NCBI GenBank assembly: GCA_934167305.1
Contig: CAKPKQ010000003.1
Span: 2,638-66,637 of the forward strand
Length of the DNA stretch: 64,000 nucleotides
Reading direction: 5' to 3'
Source: an uncultured Clostridia bacterium
Lineage (GTDB): Bacteria; Bacillota; Clostridia; TANB77; CAG-508
Positions 36,487-46,278 of the stretch are shown piece by piece. A program made the translations under genes and the position numbers. Below the pieces are notes generated by a model that saw only the letters and a program-made list of their open reading frames with translations, was not told the origin of the DNA and made no database searches. The first letter of the stretch is position 1, and every line of letters starts with the position of its first letter.

Positions 36487-37093
36487 TACAGAAGCTGAGA
36501 TAGTTGAAAAACGATCAAAATTTATAGGTAATTTGTATTATGTTGAAACAGTAGAACAAGCTGAAAATAAACTAAAAGAAATAAAAAAGAAATATAATGA
36601 TGCTAGACATAATTGTTTTGCATATAGAGTTTATGATAAAAATACAGTTATAGAAAGAGCAAATGATGATGGAGAACCGAGTGGTACAGCAGGTGCACCA
36701 ATGTTAAACTTGCTTTCAAAATCAGATCTTGTAAATTGCATTATTATTGTGACAAGATACTTTGGCGGAATTTTACTAGGAACAGGTGGACTAGTAAGAG
36801 CATATACAGAATCAGCTAAACAAACATTAAACAAAGCGCAAATAATTGAAATTGAGCCAGGCAAAGAAGTACAAGTACAACTACCATATGATAAATTAGG
36901 CGAATTTCAGCATTATTGTCAAAAAAATAATATATCAATACAAAATGTTGAATATAATCAAAATATAGTTTGTAAAATACATATAAATAACGAAAATATA
37001 GAAAAAGCATTAAATGACACAATAAAAAGACAATATAATTTGCAAAACGTAAAAATTTTGAATGATATTTATTTGAAAACAAAAAATATGTAA
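36467..37093 (+). CDS. YigZ/IMPACT-family protein (UPF0029)
   Basis: 208 aa. ARHNCFAYR and DDGEPSGTAG motifs typical of YigZ. Confidence 0.85.
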   Translation: MKTITSNTEAEIVEKRSKFIGNLYYVETVEQAENKLKEIKKKYNDARHNCFAYRVYDKNTVIERANDDGEPSGTAGAPMLNLLSKSDLVNCIIIVTRYFGGILLGTGGLVRAYTESAKQTLNKAQIIEIEPGKEVQVQLPYDKLGEFQHYCQKNNISIQNVEYNQNIVCKIHINNENIEKALNDTIKRQYNLQNVKILNDIYLKTKNM

Positions 37094-37258
37094 TTTATTC
37101 TAGTATAAACTTAATATATGTGTAAAAAAGAATAACAAAATACATACTTTTACAAAAAAATGGAAGAATTTTCCAAAAACCTATTGCAAATTTTTTATAT
37201 TAATAATATAATTATGACTGTAAAAAATTTACAAATATAAAAATAGGGGGAAAAAATT

Positions 37259-38077
37259 GTGAGTGAGAAAATAACAGTGCTTGTAGCAGATGACAACAAA
37301 GATTTTACTATGACATTATCAAGTTATTTAGAAAAAGAGGAGCAAATAGAAATTGTTGGGATTGCTAAAGATGGAAATGAAGCATATGAAATGACAGTAA
37401 AACTACAACCAGACATTTTATTATTAGACATTATTATGCCACATTTAGATGGTCTAGGAGTATTAGAAAAGTTAGGAGAAACAGAGCTAGCAAAAAGACC
37501 ATTAGCAATTATTTTATCTGCTGTAGGGCAAGACAAAATAACACAAAAAGCAATATCATTAGGAGCTCAATACTATATTGTAAAGCCTTTTGACATAAAT
37601 GTTTTAATAAAAAGAATGAAAGAACTAAAAAATTATCAACCTTCACAACTAAGAGGAGGAATAATTACAAGAGAAATAAAGGCTCAATATATTGATATAG
37701 CACCTGAGAAAAAGAAAGATCAGGATAGTCTTGAAGCACTTGTAACTAACCTTATTCATGAAGTTGGAGTACCAGCTCATATAAAAGGGTACCAATATTT
37801 AAGAGAAGCAATAATGATGGTAGTTAAAGATACAGATGTTATAAACCAAATAACAAAACAACTTTACCCAGAAATTGCATCTAAGTACCATACAACCCCA
37901 AGCAGAGTAGAAAGAGCAATTCGTCATGCAATAGAAGTTGCATGGGGAAGAGGAGAGCAAGGAGCTGTTGAAAACATATTTGGCTATACAATTTCTGCAG
38001 CCAAAGGAAAGCCAACAAATAGCGAATTTATAGCGATGATTAGCGACAAATTAAGGCTTGAATTAAAGTCTGCATAA
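37259..38077 (+). CDS. spo0A: Sporulation master regulator Spo0A
   Basis: 272 aa. Receiver domain ([11 protein letters not shown]). C-terminal Spo0A signature [22 protein letters not shown] start after GGGGGA. Confidence 0.95.
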   Translation: MSEKITVLVADDNKDFTMTLSSYLEKEEQIEIVGIAKDGNEAYEMTVKLQPDILLLDIIMPHLDGLGVLEKLGETELAKRPLAIILSAVGQDKITQKAISLGAQYYIVKPFDINVLIKRMKELKNYQPSQLRGGIITREIKAQYIDIAPEKKKDQDSLEALVTNLIHEVGVPAHIKGYQYLREAIMMVVKDTDVINQITKQLYPEIASKYHTTPSRVERAIRHAIEVAWGRGEQGAVENIFGYTISAAKGKPTNSEFIAMISDKLRLELKSA

Positions 38078-38127
38078 AACCATGAAGTTTTTATTGGTTG
38101 ATTTATAAGTGAAAATAACCAAATTAC

Positions 38128-38247
38128 TTGAAAACAATAGAATAAATGAGTATAATAAATATAGAAATAAGGAGCCACAAAAAGTGGTTGCCGATATTTG
38201 TGTTAAAAAATGCACACTCTAATTACAAGTAGAGTGTGTATTTTTTT
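38128..38247 (+). other. Mini transcription unit: promoter, 12-codon ORF (VVADICVKKCTL) and terminator
   Basis: TTGAAA (38128-38133), 17-nt spacer, TATAAT (38151-38156). AAGGAG RBS. GTG at 38184 to TAA at 38222. Hairpin ACACACTCT / AGAGTGTGT plus T-run to about 38247. Confidence 0.35.
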
Positions 38248-38394
38248 CTTAATATATGCAATTTTACAATATTTATGAAATATAAATATTGCCTGCCTAT
38301 TAAATATTCAAAATATTAATTAAAAATATGTTTAAAATATTGAAAAAAAAATTGCAATTTGTTATACTAATTGTATATACATAAGGAGGAAAAA

Positions 38395-40968
38395 ATGAAA
38401 AGTAATGCTATAAAAATAATTGTAGTTTTTATATTAATAACTATAACATTAATGAGTCCGATAACTGTTGTGTATGCAGGTTTTATTGATAGTGCTAGAG
38501 GTGAATCAGGTCCAGCACCAGAATTTACACCACCAGATACACCACCATCAACACCATCAGAACCATCAAAACCATCAGAACCATCAGAGCCAAAACCATC
38601 AGAGCCATCAGAAAGACCAAAAATAGTATATGTTGATGTGTATTGCAAGGATACAATAGAAGGAAATGTATATGAGGACTTAGGACAAATAAAACCACCA
38701 TCTGCTGGAAATGACAGTTTGAGAAGTGGTTTTAGTCTTGAAGGTATAACAGTAAATTTATACAGAGGAGATGTAGGAGGAGAGCTAGTAGCTTCTACCG
38801 TAACTAAGGAAGATGGAAGCTATTCTATTTCACCTGGTTCAGATGGTACATATACCACTGAATTTGTATTTGGAAAAGTAAGTGATGGCATGTTAAATAG
38901 TACTGCACTTGTTAAGAGTGCTTTAAGATATAATGGGCAAGATTATTATGCTGAAAGACTTAATCTTAAAGAGAAGAATGATGAAGGTAAGGATGTGGTA
39001 ATTCCTGGGGGAGAAGAAAAAGACACTCCTAAAACACCTGAGGAAATTGACATAAAAGAAGCAGGAAAAGGATGTGCTCAAGTGTTTATAGCCCTTGACT
39101 GTTCAAATAGTATGAGATCTGAAGAAAATAAAATGACATTACCAAATGGAGACAAAGTAACTAGACTTCAAGTTGCTGTAGATGCTACAAAAGAATTAAT
39201 TAATTCATTATTAAACAATGGACAAAATATATATATTGGTTTAGTATTCTTTTCTGGGACATGTTATAGAGCAGCATCACTTACAAAAGATATTGATTTA
39301 CTAAATGCATGTTTAGATGATATTAATTCTAATGGCTGGTGGACACATAATACCAATATAAAAGGAGCATTAGATAAAGTAGATGAATCTTTTTATTATG
39401 ATAAAGAAAATGGCGAATGGGGACAAAACAGATATGCAGTAATAGTTTCTGATGGTGTACCAACATCAGATGGAAACACTAATGTATATAATAATGATTC
39501 TGCTGAAGAAATAAGAAGAAAAATTAAAGGACCAATAGCAGAAAGTACAAGAAAAAGATTACAGGAATTAAGACAATATAATGAAACAACAGGAGAGGTA
39601 AATGGTGCAAAAGTTGCAGCAATATTCGTAAAATCAGATGATCCAGAAGAAAATGAAATTGTAGATTCAATATTTAATTTACCATCTGTTTCAGATATAT
39701 TTAAAAGTGCAGATGAGGCTCAAGATGTAATAGATGCTATATCAGATGACATTGAAGAGGATATTGAAAAAAAATCTGAAGAAAAAGAATATACTGTAGA
39801 TACAGGTAAAGCTACTTTTTATGGATATGAAGATGAAGCAAGAAGACAAGAAGTATATAATAATTTTAAAAAATGTACTTATGGAAGCACTACTCCGGGT
39901 GATGCAAATACTATTCTATTTGATTTGATAGATAAATATGACGGAAGCAAAGAAGCTAGAGATAAGGCTAGAGAATTAAGTGATAAAACATGGATGAAAG
40001 TCAAGGGGGGTACATATGCTATTGAAACAATTCCAAGTCCAAATCCACAATCTTACACTGATTCTGAAGGATATACTACAGTAACAACGTATCACTCAGA
40101 CCCATATAAAAATCAAGACTTATATTTGGCTAGAATACCTGAGTTTTCACTTATTACTAAAACAACAATTACAGCATTAAAAATAACATTATCAGATGGA
40201 CAAATGTTATATACAGATACTAAAGAAGTTGGAAGTGATTTACCAATTATTGATTATATAGATGCTGAAATTGCACATGGTGCAACAGTTGAAGTAGAAT
40301 ATAGCATAAATGTAAAAAATAATTCATCAACACAATGTAATTATTTAGAAGTTATTAATCATTTACCTAGTGAATTCATGTTTAATGGAAATACAAAACT
40401 AATTACTGAAAACAAAACCAATAGCGAAGTTGGTTGGAAAGTCGTATCACTGCAAGAGCTATATAATACAGGCTATGTATCTGAAGAAACAAAAAATATA
40501 CATGGAAATAAAATAAGCCTAAAAGCTGTTTTAGACAATGATGGAAAGGGAGAAAATGGATTTTATATACCACCAAATGGTGAATATACATTAAAGCTTG
40601 TTACCTCAAAAGTTGCAAGTGTAAATACTATATATGAGCTCGACTGGAAGGATGATGCTGAAATATTAGTATACACTAACCATGCACATAGAAGAATGGC
40701 ATACTTAAGTGACACCTCGCTAGGTTATACTACACCTGACTTGAGAAACTATAAAGTAAAAAGACTTGTAGGTGTTTACCCAGGCGATAGTAAAGATTTT
40801 GACTGTTCTGCATTAACAAATTCACTTACTATAATACCACCAACAGGAGTAGAAAAAGAAAATCTATTAATTACATTATTAGAAAACAATAAATTAACAA
40901 TAACAACATCAATAGCATTTATGCTTGTTATAGCATATATACTAAAAAAGATTATAAAAAGAAAATAA
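38395..40968 (+). CDS. Cell-wall-anchored vWA-domain surface protein (IPPTG sorting signal)
   Basis: ATG 38395 follows AAGGAGG. Signal peptide, PSEPS linker, Cna-B-like segment, MIDAS DCSNSM. C-terminal IPPTG plus hydrophobic stretch plus KKIIKRK. Confidence 0.8.
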   Translation: MKSNAIKIIVVFILITITLMSPITVVYAGFIDSARGESGPAPEFTPPDTPPSTPSEPSKPSEPSEPKPSEPSERPKIVYVDVYCKDTIEGNVYEDLGQIKPPSAGNDSLRSGFSLEGITVNLYRGDVGGELVASTVTKEDGSYSISPGSDGTYTTEFVFGKVSDGMLNSTALVKSALRYNGQDYYAERLNLKEKNDEGKDVVIPGGEEKDTPKTPEEIDIKEAGKGCAQVFIALDCSNSMRSEENKMTLPNGDKVTRLQVAVDATKELINSLLNNGQNIYIGLVFFSGTCYRAASLTKDIDLLNACLDDINSNGWWTHNTNIKGALDKVDESFYYDKENGEWGQNRYAVIVSDGVPTSDGNTNVYNNDSAEEIRRKIKGPIAESTRKRLQELRQYNETTGEVNGAKVAAIFVKSDDPEENEIVDSIFNLPSVSDIFKSADEAQDVIDAISDDIEEDIEKKSEEKEYTVDTGKATFYGYEDEARRQEVYNNFKKCTYGSTTPGDANTILFDLIDKYDGSKEARDKARELSDKTWMKVKGGTYAIETIPSPNPQSYTDSEGYTTVTTYHSDPYKNQDLYLARIPEFSLITKTTITALKITLSDGQMLYTDTKEVGSDLPIIDYIDAEIAHGATVEVEYSINVKNNSSTQCNYLEVINHLPSEFMFNGNTKLITENKTNSEVGWKVVSLQELYNTGYVSEETKNIHGNKISLKAVLDNDGKGENGFYIPPNGEYTLKLVTSKVASVNTIYELDWKDDAEILVYTNHAHRRMAYLSDTSLGYTTPDLRNYKVKRLVGVYPGDSKDFDCSALTNSLTIIPPTGVEKENLLITLLENNKLTITTSIAFMLVIAYILKKIIKRK
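38554..38613 (+). repeat. 9-nt tandem repeat CCATCAGA(A/G) encoding (PSE/PSK)n linker
   Basis: Six near-identical 9-nt units plus one 6-nt unit, read directly. Confidence 0.85.
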
Positions 40969-41074
40969 ACTAAAAATAAATCTCAAGTTTTAACTAACTT
41001 GAGGTTTGTTTTTGTTGACTAATAAACTTGGTGAATATATAATAAACGTAGCAAAAAAATAAGGAGGACTAATA

Positions 41075-43246
41075 ATGTTAATTGAAGTTCCAGAAAAAGT
41101 TGCTAAAAAAATAGTAGTAAAAAGAGATGGAAAAAAGGTTGAGTTTGACGGAGCAAAAATTGCACTTGCAATTCAAAAAGGATTTGGAGATATTGTAGGA
41201 AATGAAAACCCTAAAACCGCTAAATATAATGAAACAGATGTAAATAAAGTATATAGTAAGGTATTAGTCAGAATAGAAAAATTAGATTCTGACAAAATAA
41301 AAATAGAAGAAATTCAAGACTTGATAGAAGAAGAACTAAAAAATGCAGGCTATCATGATGTATATGGAGCTTTTGCAAGTTATCGTGAAAAAAGAGCACA
41401 ATCAAGGCAGTTATTTTTTGATGAAAAAAAACAACATAAATTTTTAAAAGCACTAGAAAATCTGGGTTTAAAATCTGCCAATGTTGAAGAAAATAAGAAA
41501 GAAAAAAATAATGATAGCGAAACAACTATGGGAAATATGTTTCAATATGCAAGTACAATTTCAAGGCAATTTGCAATAACATATTTAATGAAAAAGAAAT
41601 TTTCAGAAGCACATGAAAATGGAGACATATATATTCATGGAATGAATTTTATTCCTACAGGCACCACAAGTTCATGCCAAATAGATATAAGTAAATTATA
41701 TGATGATGGATTTTATGTAGGAAATAATTACATAAAAGAACCAAATGGAATAATTGCATATTCAAATTTGGCAACTGTTGCAATACAGGCAAATCAAAAT
41801 GACCAATATGGTGAGCAAAGTATACCTGCATTTGACTATTATATGGCACCAGGAGTTCTTAAAACATTTAAAAAACAATTAAAACAACTTATTTTTGACT
41901 ACTTAGAGCTAACTGACTTTGATAAATTTATAGCCATAAATGGAATTGAAAGAGAAATAGATAAAATAAATACTATTGAATTTGAGCCAAGTATATTTGA
42001 TAAATATTGTAGAGAATCAGAAGAATTAAAAAGAATGTTTAAAATTGCATATAATAAGGCAATTGAAAAAACTAAAAAGTTAACAGAACAAGCAATGGAA
42101 TCATTTATATATGACTTAAATACAATTCATTCAAGAGCAGGAAATAGACTACCATTTTCATGTATTAATTTTGGAACAGACACAACACCAGAAGGCAGAA
42201 TGGTGACAAAATCAATACTAAATGCAATAAATAACGGACTAGGACATGGAGAAGAATGTACTTTTCCAGTGGCAATTTTTAAAATAAAAAATGGTACAAA
42301 TTATAATGAAAAAGATACAAATTATGACTTACTTGAATTGGCATGTTCAGTTGCAGTGAAAAGAAAAAATATTAACTTTTCATTTTTAGATGCAGAATTT
42401 AATTTGGATAACTATAAACAAGGAGATTATGACACAGAAGTAGCATACACTGGAATAGGTAATAGAGTATTAGAGAATATGGTTGACTCAAATAAATCAA
42501 TATCAGTAGGTAGAGGAATATTATCTACAACATCAATAAATTTACCAAGAATAGGAATAAAACATGGAATTATTTCAAGTGATAAAGCTGATATAAATGG
42601 ATTTTTTACTGACCTAGAAGAAAAATTAGATTTAGTAAAAGATCAACTGCTAGAAAGATATGAAATACAATGCAAGAAAAATGTATATAATTTTCCATTT
42701 TTATTAGGGCAAAATGTTTGGATAGATAGTGAAAGATTAAAGGATAATGATAATTTAAAAAAGGCACTAAAACATGGAATTTTAAATATTGGTTTTAGTG
42801 GATTAGCAGAATGTTTAAAGGCTTTAACAGGAGAACATCAAGGAGAATCTGAAAATGCTCAAAAATTAGGACTTAAAATAATAGAATTTATGAGAAAAAA
42901 ATGTGATGAGTATTCTGAAAAATATAATTTGAATTTTAATTTAGTTGCAACACCTAAAGAAGAAATATCAAATAAATTCATAAAATTAGACCAAGCTATT
43001 TATGGAAAACTAAAAGGAATAACAGATAAAAGTCGTTATACAAATTCTTTTCATATTCCAGAAGGATGTAAAATATCTACTGTAGATAAAATTAAACTAG
43101 AATCAAAATATCATAGTTTAACAAATGGAGGACATATTGCAATAGTACAAATAAAAAATGGAAGCGCAAAAGATATTATGAATGTTATAAAGACTATGCA
43201 GGAAAATGGAATTGGGTATGCAAAAATAGTTAATATGGAGAAGTAA
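41075..43246 (+). CDS. nrdD: Anaerobic ribonucleoside-triphosphate reductase NrdD, lacking the C-terminal Zn-ribbon/glycyl-radical domain
   Basis: N-terminal ATP-cone (VVKRDGKKVEFDGAKI). GITDKSRYTNSFH and LTNGGHI match NrdD. The ORF stops about where CxxC..CxxC..RVxGY should follow. Confidence 0.8.
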   Translation: MLIEVPEKVAKKIVVKRDGKKVEFDGAKIALAIQKGFGDIVGNENPKTAKYNETDVNKVYSKVLVRIEKLDSDKIKIEEIQDLIEEELKNAGYHDVYGAFASYREKRAQSRQLFFDEKKQHKFLKALENLGLKSANVEENKKEKNNDSETTMGNMFQYASTISRQFAITYLMKKKFSEAHENGDIYIHGMNFIPTGTTSSCQIDISKLYDDGFYVGNNYIKEPNGIIAYSNLATVAIQANQNDQYGEQSIPAFDYYMAPGVLKTFKKQLKQLIFDYLELTDFDKFIAINGIEREIDKINTIEFEPSIFDKYCRESEELKRMFKIAYNKAIEKTKKLTEQAMESFIYDLNTIHSRAGNRLPFSCINFGTDTTPEGRMVTKSILNAINNGLGHGEECTFPVAIFKIKNGTNYNEKDTNYDLLELACSVAVKRKNINFSFLDAEFNLDNYKQGDYDTEVAYTGIGNRVLENMVDSNKSISVGRGILSTTSINLPRIGIKHGIISSDKADINGFFTDLEEKLDLVKDQLLERYEIQCKKNVYNFPFLLGQNVWIDSERLKDNDNLKKALKHGILNIGFSGLAECLKALTGEHQGESENAQKLGLKIIEFMRKKCDEYSEKYNLNFNLVATPKEEISNKFIKLDQAIYGKLKGITDKSRYTNSFHIPEGCKISTVDKIKLESKYHSLTNGGHIAIVQIKNGSAKDIMNVIKTMQENGIGYAKIVNMEK

Positions 43247-43248
43247 AA

Positions 43249-43776
43249 ATGGACGAATTTGATGTAAAACAAGCAGATAGCAAAGAATACGTTTTAAATA
43301 TGGTAAAGCAAGATGGGAAACTATTAGACTTGGCTTCACAAAGGCTACAAGATGATGAAGAAGTTGTAATGGAGGCAGTTAAACAAAATCCAATATCTTT
43401 GGAGTTTGCAAGTAATAGATTGAAAAATAATGAACAAATAGTAATGGAATCAGTTTCGAGAGTTGGATGGACAGCTTGTTATGCAAGCGAAAAACTAAGA
43501 GCCAATAAAGAAATTATGCTACCAGGATTAAAAATAGATGGTCAAATATTATATTATGTATCAAAAGAATTAAGAGATGACAAAGAAGCTGTTTTAGCAG
43601 CTGTAACAAATAAAGGGTTAATATTAAAATATGCAAGTAATAGATTAAGAAGAGATAAAGAAATTGTGTTAGCGGCAATAAAACAAGATAAAAGGGCAAA
43701 GGAATATATTGCATCAGAAGAACTAAAAAATGATGAAGATATACAATTGATATTAAATCCACCTCAAGAAAATTAG
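43249..43776 (+). CDS. DUF4116 repeat protein
   Basis: 175 aa of repeated (V/I)(M/L)xAVKQNxxxLxYASxxLRxDKE units. Starts 2 nt after the nrdD stop. Confidence 0.75.
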   Translation: MDEFDVKQADSKEYVLNMVKQDGKLLDLASQRLQDDEEVVMEAVKQNPISLEFASNRLKNNEQIVMESVSRVGWTACYASEKLRANKEIMLPGLKIDGQILYYVSKELRDDKEAVLAAVTNKGLILKYASNRLRRDKEIVLAAIKQDKRAKEYIASEELKNDEDIQLILNPPQEN

Positions 43777-43914
43777 TCATTATTATTTAAATCCTCCATT
43801 AGTGTTTTTATATCTGTATAACCATCATATACACAAATGCAACACAAAAATAAAATTCAAAGAAAATAGAATATTTTAAATAAAAACATCAAACAATAAG
43901 TAATGGTGATTTAA

Positions 43915-44160
43915 ATGAAAATATCGTGGCTTAAATATGAACAAGATAAGAGAAGTTTTCGATTACCAGAAACTTTAGGGTTTGATGTTTTTTATTTATC
44001 AGATTTAGAACAAACAGATAATAAAATGAAAGAGTTAATAAAAAATAATTATGACACAATTGTTATTTCAAATGAAGTTGCTGGGTTTTCAGAAGATATT
44101 ATAAAAAAATATCAAAAAAGTAAAGATATAAAAATAGTAATTTCTTTAGACAAAGACTAA
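43915..44160 (+). CDS. Hypothetical 81-aa protein (weak V-ATPase subunit F-like pattern)
   Basis: ORF precedes yyaC. Resemblance is by eye only. Confidence 0.45.
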   Translation: MKISWLKYEQDKRSFRLPETLGFDVFYLSDLEQTDNKMKELIKNNYDTIVISNEVAGFSEDIIKKYQKSKDIKIVISLDKD

Positions 44161-44172
44161 TAAAAATAGAGT

Positions 44173-44613
44173 ATGAAAAAAATGAGCTATACTTTTGTAT
44201 GTATTGGGACAAATAAAATAATATCAGATTCATTTGGACCTAGAGTTGGTAATAAACTTAAAAAGGTCTTTTACTTAAGCCCAGAAATAAATGTTTATGG
44301 AACAATGAAAAATCCAATACATTTAAAAAATGCTATGTTATTTTTAGATGAAATAAAAAATGAAAAACAAATTATTTTAATAGATTCAGCTATTGGAAAA
44401 AAAGAAGAAATTGGAAATACTTATGTTAATAGAGGTGGCACAGAAATAGGAAAGGCTTTTAATAAAAGTATATATTTTCCGGCTAATTTAAATATAAAAA
44501 CTGTAATTGGATCAAAAGAATATATGCCCAATTATTCAATTAATCAAATAGAAAAAATAGCAGATGATATTGCAATTAAAATTGCTAATATTGTTTTAAA
44601 TTTACCTGTATAA
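44173..44613 (+). CDS. yyaC: YyaC-family sporulation protein (DUF1256, GPR/HybD-like protease fold)
   Basis: FVCIGTNKIISDSFGPRVG matches the YyaC CIGTDRSTGDSLGPLVG region. Confidence 0.75.
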   Translation: MKKMSYTFVCIGTNKIISDSFGPRVGNKLKKVFYLSPEINVYGTMKNPIHLKNAMLFLDEIKNEKQIILIDSAIGKKEEIGNTYVNRGGTEIGKAFNKSIYFPANLNIKTVIGSKEYMPNYSINQIEKIADDIAIKIANIVLNLPV

Positions 44614-44667
44614 AAAAATATAATTTGGAAAAAATTGAGTTATAAACATAAGAAAGGAAAGAGAAAG

Positions 44668-45015
44668 ATGAATACAGGTAATTTAAAAAATATTGTGGTG
44701 TTAAAGGACTTGCCATCTAATTTAATTGAAGAGGCAATAGTTGTGTTAAAGGAAAATCAAAAAATACCCAAATTAGAGCCTGCATCAAAAGATAAAAAAG
44801 AAAATGAATCTGATATGAAAAAAAATTCAAAAGATTATATAGTAAAAGAAGCGCAAATGTTAATTGCAGATTATATTTCAAGGGTTGAAAATAAAAATAA
44901 AAAAGAAAATCAATCAATACAAAAACTAAATAAAAAATGCAAATGGTTAAAATCTGTAAATCAAGCATTGTTGGTTAGTTTAGTAATTAGTATTTTAATA
45001 AATTTTATATTTTAA
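44668..45015 (+). CDS. Hypothetical protein with C-terminal TM
   Basis: ATG 44668 follows AAAGGAAAGAGAAAG. The track ORF starts at an upstream TTG. No family recognised. Confidence 0.5.
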   Translation: MNTGNLKNIVVLKDLPSNLIEEAIVVLKENQKIPKLEPASKDKKENESDMKKNSKDYIVKEAQMLIADYISRVENKNKKENQSIQKLNKKCKWLKSVNQALLVSLVISILINFIF

Positions 45016-45080
45016 GAATAAAACATTTCTTCCTCACATATAAATGAAACATAAAACTACAAAGGAAGAGGTGTATTTTT

Positions 45081-46037
45081 TTGGAAAGAGTTTTATCACA
45101 AGAAGAAAGAATAAGAAGAGCTGAAGAAATATATTACCGCAGAAAATTAAATAATAGTGATGTAAGAATGCCTAGTTCTCAGGTAAGAGATCAAACTGAA
45201 AAAAGGCAGTTTTCATTATATAGGAAAATGGCTATACAGGTACTTTTATGTATATTAATTTATTTGGGTTTTTCATTAATTAAAGAAGCAAATTATTTAT
45301 TTTCTGAAAGTATTATAAATAAAACGAAAGAATTTTTAAATTATGATATTAATTTTGAAGTAATATCTTCAAATATAAATGAATTTTGGAAAAATAATAA
45401 AGATAAATTTAATATTTTTGTTAATGATGAACAACCAAATACAGAAAATACAAATAATCAAGAAACAAATACTGAAACTACTAATGAAGAAACGCAAAAT
45501 AACGAAAGTGAGCAAAATACTAATGCAGAAAATAATACAAATGAGAATAATGAAACTACAGGAATAGGTGGGTCAAGCACTACAGAAGATGATCAAGCTG
45601 ATGAATCAACTAAGAAAAGCCAAATGGAGTTGGATGCAGAATACATAAAAAATAATTTTAGTATGCAACTACCAGTGAAAGCAAAAGTTACATCAGGTTA
45701 TGGAAAAAGAGAAGCTGATAAAATTGTTTCTGCAGATCATTATGGTATAGATTTAGGAGTAGTTGTAGGTACAACTGTATTAGCAGCAATGGAAGGAACT
45801 GTTACATTAGTATCAGATGAGGGAGAATATGGAACTCATGTGAAAATTGTGAATAAAGATGTAACTACAATTTATGCTCATTGCAGTAAGATTTTAGTAA
45901 AAAAAGGTGAGAAAGTAACAAAAGGGCAAAAGATTGCTTTATCAGGAAATACAGGAAAGACTACAGGTCCTCATTTACATTTTGAAATTAGAAGAGGTGA
46001 AAGGTCGGTTGATCCAGCATTAGTACTAAATTTTTAA
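45081..46037 (+). CDS. M23 peptidase-domain membrane protein (SpoIVFA-like position)
   Basis: TM segment, N/T/E-rich low-complexity linker, DHYGIDL and GPHLHFEI motifs. Lies upstream of an M50 protease gene, as in spoIVFA-spoIVFB. Confidence 0.75.
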   Translation: MERVLSQEERIRRAEEIYYRRKLNNSDVRMPSSQVRDQTEKRQFSLYRKMAIQVLLCILIYLGFSLIKEANYLFSESIINKTKEFLNYDINFEVISSNINEFWKNNKDKFNIFVNDEQPNTENTNNQETNTETTNEETQNNESEQNTNAENNTNENNETTGIGGSSTTEDDQADESTKKSQMELDAEYIKNNFSMQLPVKAKVTSGYGKREADKIVSADHYGIDLGVVVGTTVLAAMEGTVTLVSDEGEYGTHVKIVNKDVTTIYAHCSKILVKKGEKVTKGQKIALSGNTGKTTGPHLHFEIRRGERSVDPALVLNF

Positions 46038-46092
46038 AATAATCAGCATCTTACGTTGTCAAAACTTGCATTAAAAATCTAAAAGTTGGACT

Positions 46093-46249
46093 GATGAAAT
46101 ATAATACTTTTTGTAGTGACGGCTGTGGGGACCAGCGAATTAGAAGGCGTTACTAAATTTTTTCAAATCATTAGAAATGTTTGCAAAAAATTGTTGTTAC
46201 GCCTTCTTATGAAGTAGGGATGGAACGGAAAAAAGTATTATATCTCATC
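46093..46249 (+). ncRNA. Candidate structured RNA or palindromic insert (20-bp closing stem, large asymmetric bubble, long apical helix)
   Basis: 46093-46112 pairs with 46230-46249 (19 of 20). Bubble of 29 nt versus 22 nt. Inner stem AGAAGGCGT (46142-46150) / ACGCCTTCT (46199-46207), then AATTTTTT/AAAAAATT and CAAA-CAT/ATG-TTTG. Confidence 0.3.
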
Positions 46250-46278
46250 AATAAAAATTTAATATAAAGAGGAAAAAG

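Noticed and set aside
38367-38648. Minus-strand ORF with a GSDGSDGFG repeat
   Set aside because: It is the reverse-complement reading of the PSEPS 9-nt tandem repeat inside the vWA surface protein gene.
43514-43780. Minus-strand 88-aa ORF with a GGAGG about 12 nt upstream, antisense to DUF4116
   Set aside because: It is fully antisense to a repeat-structured CDS, hydrophobic and low-complexity, and the RBS spacing is long. Judged spurious.
45379-45567. + strand 62-aa ORF inside the M23 (SpoIVFA-like) gene
   Set aside because: It is an alternative frame of the N/T/E-rich low-complexity linker, nested within a supported CDS.
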